Source: Eutreptiella sp. 'Long Island Sound 2002'
Taxonomy: Eukaryota; Protista; Euglenida
NCBI GenBank assembly: GCA_964036045.1
Contig: OZ038378.1
Coordinates: 196,974,001 to 197,038,000 of the forward strand
DNA length: 64,000 bases
Reading direction: 5' to 3'
In this document: piece by piece, positions 24,950-36,865 of the stretch
Numbering within the stretch: position 1 is the stretch's first letter
Layout of the letters: the number at the start of each line of letters is the position of its first letter
Position numbers and translations under genes: made by a program
Notes under the pieces: generated by a model
Seen by the model: only the letters and a program-made list of their open reading frames with translations
What the model was told of the DNA's origin: nothing
Database searches by the model: none

Positions 24950-26900
24950 GAGCTTGAAGCATAACAACCGATCATGTCTTGAACCCCTGTGTCGCTTGAA
25001 GGCAGCCTGCTCTCCTCTTGTTTCCTCCTCCCAGTGAGGCACAAGTGGATTCAAGCACTCTCTGTTGGTTCCTCTAGATCAGCTAGTCACGGTGTTCAGT
25101 GTGACACCCAAGGAGAAAGCCCTACTCAAGGGCTTTTGGGCTATGGAATTCATGTGGCCCATTTCTCCAAGGCCCGCACCACTTCAGCCTAAGCTTACCC
25201 GAGTTGCAGTAAATTGTTGCTCGGCGGGCTCTCAACACCACCGACCATTCTTGGTAAATTCAATAATTCCCAACTGCCGCAAGCGCAACGTCTGTTGCAA
25301 CTCTCTTCCACAGTGGCCTTAAATGTACAAAACTGGCCTCGGGCCTTGGAGCCTGAGTGCAATCCCTCTAGTTTGAACCCCCCTATTGGTACAAAGGTCC
25401 AACAACAAATGGGTGCACAACACTACTATGATTGCTTAAAACATTCAGTGCACTAGCCGTTCCACATATTAGTACATCCTATCCATGCTAGATTCTGTCC
25501 CGAGCAACATGTCTGTCATTAGATGGGTCCCTAGTCCCACCTTCAAGAGGTGCACATGTTGTTCCTTGGCGGGGACTCACAAACTGAGGTGATAGATGGC
25601 ACATTGGCGCCGATGGTGTGAGCCATCCCAACCAGCAATGCCTAGAATCCGCAAGGTGTAGAGGTCTCAACTTGTTTGCCAACCTTCGTGCCACGCAAAG
25701 ACACACAATTCCCAACAAATGAGCCAGCCCTACTTGCTTGCAACCCACCAAGGTACCAGGCTGGCAGTTCCAAAGGTTGCATTAATGCACCAGACCCCCC
25801 ACCATTGGTGTCATCAATGGCGATGGGCAACCAATGTGGCTCATGTGGGGCTGGTGGTATGGTGTCCTTCAAGGCTAGTAGCAAAGAGTTGTACAAGTGC
25901 TTGATCGTATTGGCTTGGGGCAAGTTTCTTGCTTGAAGAGTGTTTGATCACCCTCAGTGAGTATTCAATAGCAAGTGTCAATATCTCCTTGAAGGAGGAG
26001 GTCACATTGGGCCATGTGGCCTCAAACGTCTTGCGCTTTGGTGCAGGCGGACAAGAAATATTGGTATAGGCGGACGGGGAAACCGGTATTGGCGGTCATG
26101 AAACCCGGTATAGGCGGATGGGAACCCCGGTATTCCTAGCCGAGGGGTCGAGTGCAATGCACTCATGGCCTTCTTTGGTTGCACAAGAATGTCGGCAAGC
26201 GGAAAAGAAGAAAAATTGTTGACACACAAATGGACGAAAAGTCGAAGTGCTAGCCTCCAAGGTTGCACCTCCACTCTTGGCATATGGGGCGTGTTGAGCA
26301 AAAACTCAAGGGTGGCACATCGAGCAAGATGGCAGTCAATAAAAACGGCCAAGGCCAGTGCATCATATGTGGCGAACAAAGTGTGCAGCATACACCAATC
26401 CAATGGTTCTCCTTGTGCAAAAAAAAAAGGCAAGAATGTGCAACACATATGTCAAATTGTTCTCACTTTATAGAAAGAAGAATCCACCTTGGTATTGTTA
26501 TTGCTATTTTGTGGGTTGCTTGGTGGCATTAAATCTATCGGAGATAGAAGCAAATTACCTTGGGAGGAGGCCCTTCCCCTTCATCTATGCCTTGCGACTA
26601 GCAGCCACTATCAACAACACTTCCCACCTATTTACCACCTCCCATGTGCCCATCTACTTCCCATCTAACGTGGATGTTCTTTCAAACAAAGACGTCTCCA
26701 AGGGCCTCTTGCGCCCTGCAGACTGCTTGCTCAAACATGGCAAGGTAAAACAAAATCTCGTGGTCCTCAAATTTGGCCATCGCCCACTTCAGCTAGAGAT
26801 CAACACCTTCCATGTCCAAAAAAGACCATGCCATATATGCAACAGCATGGGAGCCGTAGAAGGCCTATGATAGCACCGCCCTATCCGCATCCGATGGTCT
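24950..26900 (-). pseudogene. Degenerate Penelope-like RT
   Basis: With one frameshift, 25380-25200 reads QTRGIAL-GSKARGQFCTF, resembling GVAIGGVLSSQFATI of the 59-kb RT. It also reads RQLGIIEFTKNG, resembling RRLGRLHFTERG of the 36-kb RT. Boundaries are approximate. Confidence 0.45.
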
Positions 26901-29900
26901 CTACACAGCCATGCCTACTGGTAAGGCACTCATCCACTCGTTGAGCGCTCCAACGCCCAGCTACATCCATTGCATCACTCGCTCGTGATGAAGGAAGTCA
27001 ACAAGGTTGGCTAGGACCAAATAGGCACCTTGTTGATTGGCGCCTACTCCAACTATGCCCAAAAGCCTCGATGTCTAGGGCATGCTCACGGACGCGTTCT
27101 GTCAAGTATGGCACGCTCTAGCCATTCGCCTATGCTTGCACGGTGACTCACACACACAAACAAAAATGAACCAAAAAATGCTTGATTAAGAAGGCAGAAA
27201 AAATGTTTGAGCACAAACATAGGTGGAGAAGCATCCCACGGCCATGTGGATACCTCTTTCTAGTTGCGCATTGCAACCCTTAAGTGCACCACATGCAAAT
27301 GCAAAATAGAAAATACCCTTGCTAAAGTTGAATATATTGTACAACCACTTCATCATTGTTGCACATGGCACTTCACCATTGTTGTGCATTTTCGGCGGCA
27401 CATGTGTGCAGCCTACCATGATGTCATAGTGCGCCAAGGTGTTCCCGCTTGGCTCGAGTAGCGAGCCAAAGGACTGAGATTTGTTTGGGCATGCGGCATT
27501 GTGCACAAATCGTGCAAAATTTGTGCCAATATTGTGAGAATGTGCAAACATGGGTAACTGTGAATGTGAGTGTGAATTTGGTGTGAATCTAGTGTGTGAA
27601 TGCACCCTTGAAGGGGGGGATGATTTGGTTGTGAATTTGGACGGGATGCAAGCCATGTCAGACAATTGACTCACGGTGGGGGTTAGGGCCCAAGTACATG
27701 GTGCAATGAGGGTATAAAGCAAGACGGATGTATGTTTCATGGGACACACACACCAATGCACGATGTGATAATGGGCATTTTCATCCACACAAGTGTGATG
27801 CTCGTTATAAGATTTGTTCACCTGGGGTGCCCAATAACCTTAGGATGCACCCCACCTTCATGTCGAAAATTGCGTGTGAATAATGCACCCAAAAGGACAA
27901 GAGTTGGGTGACCACCTACAGGAGCCATGTTGTTGCCATCAAGCAGTGGAGGTACCTTCGCATGAAAAAGATTGGGAAGGGAGTGCCTCTCAACTACCCA
28001 ATAATAGTCCATAGTCCTTGAATTCTAGCACTTCAATATGGGGTCTCCCCGTGCATATCACATATCAAAGAAGTAGAAAAATGCACCCCAGTGCTTGGGA
28101 TTTTTGTGCCTAGAACGTGTCTAATCAACCGCTAGCAAGTGGGATCTTGTGCCTATGGCAGGGCTGCTACTCCCTAGGCAGAGTCTTGCTTATACCAAAA
28201 AGCCATGGGGTATCCACCCAAACAAGCCTATTAACATGACACAACACATATTATATTGTATGCACAGCACACAGAACACACAGAACACTTGACACACAAC
28301 ACACACACACACACACACCAATCACGAAGTATACGTAACATGTACACACAACACCCATGTCACATGACACACAACACATGACACATGACACTGGGCGCCA
28401 TGCAGATGTAGGTGCCAGGGTACACATCAAAAAGTACACATTGCATACCAAACAAGGGTACACATCAAAAAGTACACGGTGCATACCAAACAGCGCACAA
28501 GCACACAGCATGTGCACAACTGAACGGCTGATTGAGCCGAGCATTGGTTACGCTCTGGGAATGTAGCAGCAACAGCAGGACGTTGTCCACATCAGTGTAA
28601 AATGACGGACTGCATGGTACAGATACACAACATTACATAAAGACTAAACAATGGTAATGAACAAAAAGTCAACATGTGACATGAACTCCCTTTGTTCCAA
28701 AAAGCACCACAAACCTTGCAACATGCTGTCCACACACAGAACCAAACATTGGGATGTGGTTGGGAATGTGTATCCACATGGGGAGTGGTGTCTTCATATA
28801 TGACAGTGTAGTGTCCATTATGCATGTGGTTGGGATGGGGGTCACGGCCCGATTGGTAGTGTGCAGTACACACCAAAGAAAGGACTGAACCACACAGATG
28901 TGCAGCTTAGGAATCTCAACATCTTGACATTTCCGTTCAGAGTAGAGAAAAATGCATGCCGCGGTATGGTACCACATGACATGTGTACAGGGGTTCAGGC
29001 CACAATGAATCAATGCAAGGTGCCGCTGAGAGTACCCTCCCGCTGAGAGTACCCTCCGCAACAGCCATGTTCCCTAAAGAAATTCCATGGCAAAAGAAAT
29101 GCTGATGCACACACCCAGACCGCCATCATGAACCGGTTGTTGTGTGTATGCACGTTTGGAGGGGCCCGAATGCGTGATGGGCCGCCCCATCTGTGCAGCA
29201 AGGGGCACACCAGACCGAGCGAGGCACAAAAAAAACGGAGAAATAAGGGGGGGAGACGTCCAGGGAGGGGGTACCCCTTCTGTGTCTGCACTGCGGCCCT
29301 TCAGGTGCCCCAGGGGTAGTGCAAGGCATCATCCCATGAACTGAGGCACACAGGATTCGGGTGCCCCAACTGGAGCACTCGAGAGGTGGCTGTTCCCCCA
29401 CGATTGGGTTGGCTGAGATTTCCCTCAATTGACTGCCCGTGAGGAACCCAAGACAGTTCCCCTCCGAAAATGTACCCACCCGACAATCCCTCCGAAGCTT
29501 GTTTTTACATGTCAGGAATCCCCTGGACTGTAATACCCAGCACAGCTGTAGGAGGCCATACATCCGGAGGAACACCTAAGGTCGGCGCTCCGTGTTGGGG
29601 GGTACTGACTGGAGGCGGTGAGGCTGCCTCCTCGTTTTGTACAGCAAATCACTTGTCCAATTCTCGTTGCCTGATTCACGGTTGTTGCCTTTGCCTGTGC
29701 CTTCTGAGGCCCAGGGGGCCAGAAATTGCCCCAAATTGCGCAAAGAGTTTTCATGGGAAACTTCGGCACCCAATTTAAAAATGGCAATGTTCCCCATAAA
29801 ACTGACCCCTGAACCCCCCCCCCCTCAGTCCGGTAGCTGATAGGGCAGGCAAAACGCTAGTTGGTCCACCGAAGTCGGTTGGCAACGGCCAAAATTCAGT

Positions 29901-30069
29901 TACCGAGGCAAAAGATGGTTGCGCAGGCGAAACACTCTTCAGGGAAAATAAAACAAGTTTTACCGTTCTAACAAAGATCCTGTCGCAATCCCATGGCTCA
30001 AAAATGAAGGGGGTCACTTTCCCATGCATCCGCACTGCCACCGACAGATAAGTGACAGCTTCGACCGGA

Positions 30070-30459
30070 TCATGTGAATCCGTCCATGGGGGACCCCCAG
30101 CTGTCGGATCGCGCGCGAATCACCGCACGGACGACGCCGGGCGTCACGAAAGCGACGCCTGCAGAGTTAGTGCCCCCACAATACTGCGAGGACGTGAACA
30201 CCGTCAGAACCTTGGAGCTCTTGTCCACGCGGAAGCCCTGAGGCTTCACCTGGTGGGCCCGCATCAACAACTGCAGCCCCGCACCCTGCAGGAAAGCCTG
30301 CACTGCCTCCGTGTTGTACATGACGGAGATGCAGCGCCGGGCGTTGGGCATAAACCCCGTCCCCAGCCCCTCCGTCCACACGTCGCTGGCCTCTGTGTCA
30401 GTAGGGTCGGCCCACAAAAGGTCATAAAAGATCTCAGCGTGTCGGGCAAAGCCGGGGTC
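30070..30459 (-). CDS. PPP Ser/Thr phosphatase, last exon
   Basis: DLLWADP, RAHQ and FTSSQYCG motifs. Acceptor ctgcag|GAC is phase 0. Stop TGA at 30070. An alternative acceptor lies about 60 bp upstream. Confidence 0.85.
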   Translation of the reverse strand, partial: DPGFARHAEIFYDLLWADPTDTEASDVWTEGLGTGFMPNARRCISVMYNTEAVQAFLQGAGLQLLMRAHQVKPQGFRVDKSSKVLTVFTSSQYCGGTNSAGVAFVTPGVVRAVIRARSDSWGSPMDGFT

Positions 30460-30553
30460 CTGCAGAGGGTGTGACGGAAGGGCGCTGCGAAAGAGTGATG
30501 CTGTGGAGGGAGGTCCTGCAAGGGGGTGGGAGGCAACAAATGCACGCTGGGAC

Positions 30554-30788
30554 CAGGGCTTTGCTTTGTGATACAGGCGGGGGGTGGGCTCAAATTGCCC
30601 CCCCGGGATTTTGGCTGACCACCCCCCCATACACACATGAGAAAATTTTTCATCAGGAAAAAAATGAAATTCATCAGACGGGCCCGAAATTGGAGGTCGA
30701 TTTTAGGTACACAAACTTTTTTTGGCCTCTGACCCCCCCCCCCCCCCAGCCCCGGTATAGTATCAACCAGCCACTAAGCAAAGGCCTG
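30554..30788. mobile_element. hAT-type MITE (same family as 22505-22722)
   Basis: CAG...CTG termini. TSD gctgggac (30546-30553) / gcagggac (30789-30796). Shared core ggaggtcgattttaggtacaca. Confidence 0.85.
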
Positions 30789-32535
30789 GCAGGGACCTTG
30801 GAAAAATGCGATGCACCGTAGCGCACAACAATGCACATCGGCCAAATCATGGTAAATGCACATAAATGCACATAAATGCACATGCACCCCCCCCCCCCCG
30901 GGCGCTGTAAAGGGCTGGCTCTGTGAGGAGGCGGTGCTTTGACGGAAGGCGCCACGGAGGAGTGCTGGCTGGAGGGAGTGCGCAGGGTGAGTCCTACGCT
31001 GGTCAGGGTCTTCAGGACTGAGCTGGACTGAGCTGACTCTGTCGGCCTCTGCACTTCCTCTGAGACGGCCATGAACTGATGAAGGCCGGCGACATCAGAT
31101 TTGTCTTGGCCATGGCCCTCGCACAGCAGCCTTTCCCTGATGATGACTGTAGTGTTGCACGACAGGGGGCCTAGACAGATGGTGTGCCTGCCATCTGAAG
31201 GCAATGGGGGGCAAGGGAAATGGAGGAGGAGGAGGAGCTGTGCCTCTCTGCCACGCAGCCCGATAACTCACCAGGCCCAGGCAGCACGTCACTCCCCGTG
31301 TCTCCACTGGACGCAGGCACGCATGGCAACCGACGGCGCAGGTGGGGTATGAGTCCTCCCGATGCCACCCGGAGGAGTCTGCTCAGGTCGCATCCCTGCA
31401 GAGCCCGGGAGCATATTCTGTGAAGGCTGGCAATCAAAACCAAGACATGCCGTTTCAGCATCGAGAGAAGTACGTCTGAGCCACTGGGTGGGCTCTGCGT
31501 GGGGTATTGGTGGTATGAGAGGCGGCATATGGGAACAGCAGCGCGGGGCATGGGAGTGGAAGCATGCAGCGGTCAAGGACCAGGATGCGCATGGCAGTGC
31601 GGCGAGGCATACAAGCACTACGCAGGCCGGGGGCGGCTGTGTGTGGTACACAGCCATTGATGTCCTACCCCAACCCCTTGTCGAAGCTACGGAAAAGTCC
31701 CAACTAATACAGTCCCCACGCCCAATGTAGCTTAGACAAGACCGTAGCTTGGGCGCACCACATACACCTACCGACACACAAGTGCTGGTGCAAGAAAGGG
31801 GAATATAATGCACAAATATCACCAAAATCAGAGCTATGCGGGTTCAAGTGGGCAAACACTCATAAAACATGTGTCCATGACCCTATGTAAGTGGCAAATT
31901 CGTCACCAAACCCATGTCTTCTGTGGCTGCACTACATTTGGTACCAAATCAAATTAGGTGCCAAATTTTGCCAAATTAATACGGTCCTTGTAGCTTCGAC
32001 AAGACCGTAGCTTACACAGGGGATGCCCAGAGGGGGTAGATCGAGCAACGTCATCTGCGTGAGAATACTTAGTGCTGAAAAAGACAAGAACGCTGCCTCA
32101 GCACAGCACCGGCCAACCAGTGCCTGCTGTTTACGAGGCAAGTAGCGGCGGTTGACCATCAGCCACCGCCGATTGACCGCGAAATGCCATCGGTAAATCG
32201 CGATTCTGCGGCACAAGTCTCAAACAAAACCTCCCTCTTCAATTGCGAGGCTGGGGGCCTGCTGACAATGGCTGCATTGGACATGGACATCTCATATGGC
32301 CCAAAGCAGGAGAGAAAGGGGGGGGGGGGGGGTTAGAGGGCCCAAAAGTCTGTGTACCAAAAATAGCGCCAATCAATATTTCCGGTTGTAAATGTTATTT
32401 TTTCCCACGATGAAATCTGAGTCCGGGGGGGGGGGGGGATTACCCCCCCTCCTCCTACGGTTGTCAGCCGTTCTAGTACATCCCTGGCCCAAGGGCATGA
32501 GGGCATACAAGCATGACCGTATGCAGACCACACAC

Positions 32536-32790
32536 CTGCAACAAAGCCCTCTGATCTGCCTGCCGGAACTTGTGCCATGCATTTGTGTCGAGCAGAATAG
32601 CCATACGGTCGTCCGGGCCCTGAGGGAGCCTTGGGATCCCACCGTGAGCACAGAAGATGTTTCCGTCAATGACCGCAGCCAGAGGCAGGACGTTGAACAC
32701 GGAATTGACTATCTCATAGACTTGGTTGCCTTGGTTGTAGCCAAACAGCCATGTGCAGCTCTCCTTGAACCCATACCACTCATTCATTTG
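32536..32790 (-). CDS. PPP phosphatase exon (HGG motif)
   Basis: tttcag|CAA ... CAG|gtgtgt, 255 nt, phase 0/0. Reads QMNEWYGFKESC...FNVLPLAAVIDGNIFCAHGGIP. Confidence 0.9.
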
Positions 32791-34513
32791 CTGAAAACAT
32801 GAGGACAGCCCCATGCACTGCCCCACTTTGTGCGTGCAGCCCCACTCACTATGCACTGCCCCAATGCATAGTCCCGTTCCCTCCTCACAGCTCCCTCCTT
32901 AAGCACAGCCCCAATCCATGTGCACAGCCCCACTTGCTTGTTCAATCTGCTCCATGAAGATAGCCGTTGGGCTCATGATTTAGAGGTGTATGGGGCTGTG
33001 GTACAGAACACAACCAAAGAGGGCAAATCCGGGGATGTGTATGTTACAGGTATGTGCACATATGCAATGCATGAGCAGTGGTTGCATGCCAAACATTCGA
33101 ACATGACCCCTTTCCCACACACTTGGCAAACACAGGTGCCACCATCTTCCTCATCAACCTTCAGGTTCCATCCTCTCTATAAATACAAAAGAACTGTATT
33201 CCCATTGACCGTGGGCCAGATACAGGCCACTTTTCCCTTTGGCTGATAAATTGAGTAAAAATACAACAAAATGCAGATATCCAAATACCCATGCAAACCA
33301 TCCAGATATGGGTCGCTCAAAGTAGGTAGGAGACAAAGGGGTCACATCCCTGTGCATGTTGAGGCATCCAAAGCGCTGAGTCCACATGACTGCATAACCC
33401 TCGTCGTGTCGGGGTTGTAAATATCAGGACAGGGACCCAGAAATGGCAAGAAAAGACACACCAACACACATATTGATGTACATGGAAATACTGATGTACA
33501 AACATGTACTTGGGTTCACCCGAACGAGCAAAGAAGAGGAATCAATCGTGGTTGGGGGCTGAAAACAGGGAACTAGTGTACAATGCACACAATTCTCCGT
33601 GGTGCCATCAAGCACTGGACAAAAAAAACCGTGTGCACAAAGAATTCCCTTAGGCAAAGGATCGTGCCACATCTTCTTTTGTTCTGATGAATAGCAGAAC
33701 CAAGAGTGGGCTCTCATTACTATTGGGGGCCCAAATTAGTGTTGCGTCTCCACGGCACATCATTAGCCCCTTTCTTGCATCCAAAATCGGATGCAAGCTG
33801 CAACAGAAGGATCACCGTGTGTAACGCCAGAGAGGCTGCAGTTATCATAAGTACACCACACCACACACACACACCGTCCCTGGCCCTCTATGGCTGCGCA
33901 TCCAATAACTTGACCCAAACCAATATCCACTGGGGTTTTAACCTAAGGACGACCTTCGGGGTTGAGGGTGCAGCTGAGATACCCCGCCCCCCCTTTGTAT
34001 CAGCTACACAAAAGTCCCAGATTAACACGGTCCCTACACCTACGGTAGCTTGGACAAGGCCGTAGACACCAGGGTTCAAAAAGAGAAAAATGCATGGTGA
34101 GCTGGTGCAAGGAAGGGGAATATAATGCACAAACATCACCAAAATCAGAGCTATGTGGGTTCAAGTGGGCAAACACTCATAAAACATACGGCCATGACTC
34201 TATGTAACTGGCACCACAGCCATGTCTTATGTGGCTGCACTACATTTGGTACCGAATCAAATTAGGTCCCAAATTAATATGGTCCCCATGCCCGCTGTAG
34301 CTTGGACAAGGCCGTAGCTTATACAGGGGAAAGGGGGGGGGGGGCAATGGACAGGACCAACACCAACAAGCGGCAGGGGCCCATTGGTTATACTTACCAT
34401 TGGCACATTAAGCACCTTCGCCACCTAGCTGCCGGTCAGGGGTCGAACAATGGCAAAATGCTGGCACATCCTTGAAGGGTCCTGTCAATAGTAGTCAGGG
34501 GCAGGACAGGCAC

Positions 34514-34738
34514 CTTGAGTTCATGGTTGCCTCTCAGAAGATGTACATTCCCTGGAGATAGCACCTTCAGCGCCAGTACAAATAGGATCACCTCCAATGA
34601 TGCTTCGCCGCGGTCGACGAAGTCCCCCAGGAACAGCAGCTTTTCTGTCAGCGGGGCCGTGAATTCAAGGGACATGCGGCGCGTGCTAGACTCACTGCAC
34701 CGGGACATTGTGCCCTCCACGTCCGAGATCCGCGAGAT
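34514..34738 (-). CDS. PPP phosphatase exon (GDxVDRG, RGNHE)
   Basis: cgcag|ATC ... AAG|gtgcct, 225 nt, phase 0/0. Reads [11 protein letters not shown]...LLRGNHELK. Confidence 0.9.
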
Positions 34739-35492
34739 CTGCGAGACAATGTAGTGTGTGTGTCTGTGTGTGTGTGTTTGTGTGTGTGCGCACACACGTG
34801 CATGCGTGCGTGCATGTGTGTGTGTGTGTGTGTGCGTGTGTGTGTGTCAATTGGGGGTGGCACCATATTATAGAGGAGGGCCTGTCTGGGTCGACAGGTG
34901 GGTCAGAGAAAGGTGGGGCCCCTGTGCTTCAGAGGACGACACTCGTGGTGTCTGCACTGGCGCCCGCCCCCCGTGTACACCACCCTCACCTAGGCCAGAG
35001 CCTCTGGCCTTGAGGTCTTACGATGCTTCTGTGCTCGCACGCCCATGCCGCTCCACAGGTCGCCCTCTCAGGCGTGCCCGTTTGCACGGGCGCTCACTCT
35101 CGGGGAGGGGGGGTTCGGGCCCCCGCTGTCGTTTGTCCCCCCGCTGGCCTCGGCCTGTCTCGTTTGGGGCCCCTTGCACCCCCCGGGGTGGGCCCCTTCT
35201 CGTCGGCGTGCGCAGCACACGCCGTTTGGGGGCGGGGGTGTGCCTTTCTGCCCCCCGGAGGAAGCCTGTGCTATTGCACGTGCGCACAAGAGGCGATCAG
35301 CACAAAAAGCGCAGGAAGAAAGTGGCTCGTCAGTGGCCTAGAAGACCATAGGTACCTTTCTGTCACAAAGAGTGCAACACGAAGAGAACCTGTGGGTGGG
35401 ACACCGACAAGTAAGCAGGAACCATGCAGCGGTATGCACCTGATGCTCTCGCTAAGCGCTGGCCCCTGGATCTGCCATATAACATCAAGAGT

Positions 35493-36865
35493 TCAAGTAT
35501 GTACTGACAGTAACGGAAATGCAGAGTCCCCCTCCCCCCGGGCCGGTGGCCCCACTGGAATGGGTTGTGAAGGATCTCCGCGGGGCGTATGTGCCGATAG
35601 TATAGGAAAATCGTAGCACCAATCGGCGCATGTCTCGCTGCAGGGTCCTGTGTGTGGTACGTGCCAGGATGCATAGGCGGCACCAGACCATAAACCGTGA
35701 CCCTGTAGCCACTGACGCAGCCGATAAAAAATAGTATCTCGTGTAGACGGAAGAGAGTATAAAATATGTACAGTCCAGGCCTGCGTGGCTTCGACGTCCC
35801 ATGGTGTACGGCTGACAATGCGGGGCACGGCGGAGTGCAGTGCGCGCAAAACGGCTGACCGTGGGTAGCCTGAGAGTAACGATATTTGGCACCAGGCTGT
35901 GATGCTGATCAGAACTCCCAACCAGGAGTGCAAAAATGGCTGGACGTTGAGCACAGCACTGACGATGATGCTGGCAACATGCTTATAGTCTCGGGCCCAT
36001 GGGCTTTGCATTGTGACCGAGTACTTGAGGCACCAGGTATTCGTGAGACCGGATGGCTGAGTGTATATAAGTGGCGGGTGTGCTTGGTGTAAATGGACAG
36101 TGATGCCCATGGCCGTGACCCTGGTAGTCATGCATTCTGTGGTGCAGATGTGCACAGTGTCTGTGATACATGGGCATAGCACCGGTAGGTCCCAGATTTC
36201 TGTAAGTGTGTCCGTAACGCTTTTCATGGTATGTTTGGCTGTGGGTCCGCGTGCTGCAACCATCACGTTGTCTCGGAACTGTGACAGTGAAAGTGTATTA
36301 CCTGTGGGAGTGAGCCATAAGGGGTGCCCTCGTTCGGTGAAGTGGAGCCTTCCCAAGCGGCGCATGAGGTCGATGCGCTGTTTGACTCCCCATATCGAGC
36401 GGAGGTCCGCGGCCTGCGCGCTGAAAGGGCCGCCCATGGGTATTGCTCCCTGCCTGTCCCAAACCCGACCAGATGCTTGTGTGAAAGTGTCTGTCATGAG
36501 TGAGAAGTAGACTAGGTTTTCGAGGTCTATGTGTGCCATGTGGAAAAATCGGTCTGATGTGCCTTTGCCTGCCCTGTCCAAATTTTTGTTATCACGGTGG
36601 ATGCTCCAGACCGTGTCTGCTGCAGACCAACGGCGTCTTTTTTGAAGCCAAGTGACTGCCTCAGAGAGAGATGTCATGACGTCCTGAGGTTTTATATTGT
36701 TGAATTGGCCTGAGCAGTCTGCCTCAGCGATGAACTGGCAGTTCCAATCTGAAAGGCCATGAAACCAGTCATTCATATCACTGATACGGAGGACCAGGAA
36801 GCAGCCTGGTATTTCTGATATAAGAGTTTTCAGCAGCAGGGTGAACGCGCGTGCTGCCATACGCA
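35493..36865 (-). mobile_element. Penelope-like element RT (5'-truncated, stop-free), catalytic motif FRDN, no C-terminal GIY-YIG
   Basis: Motifs EADCSGQFNNI, RQGAIPMGGPFSAQAADL and SQFRDNVMV (36267-36278), then thumb region GYPRSAV. The PMG(G/S)P signature is PLE-type. Confidence 0.75.

Noticed and set aside
30900-31200. Extra PPP exon (open minus-strand frame)
   Set aside because: Its apparent acceptor phase does not fit the phase-0 donor at 32536, and the catalytic domain is complete without it.
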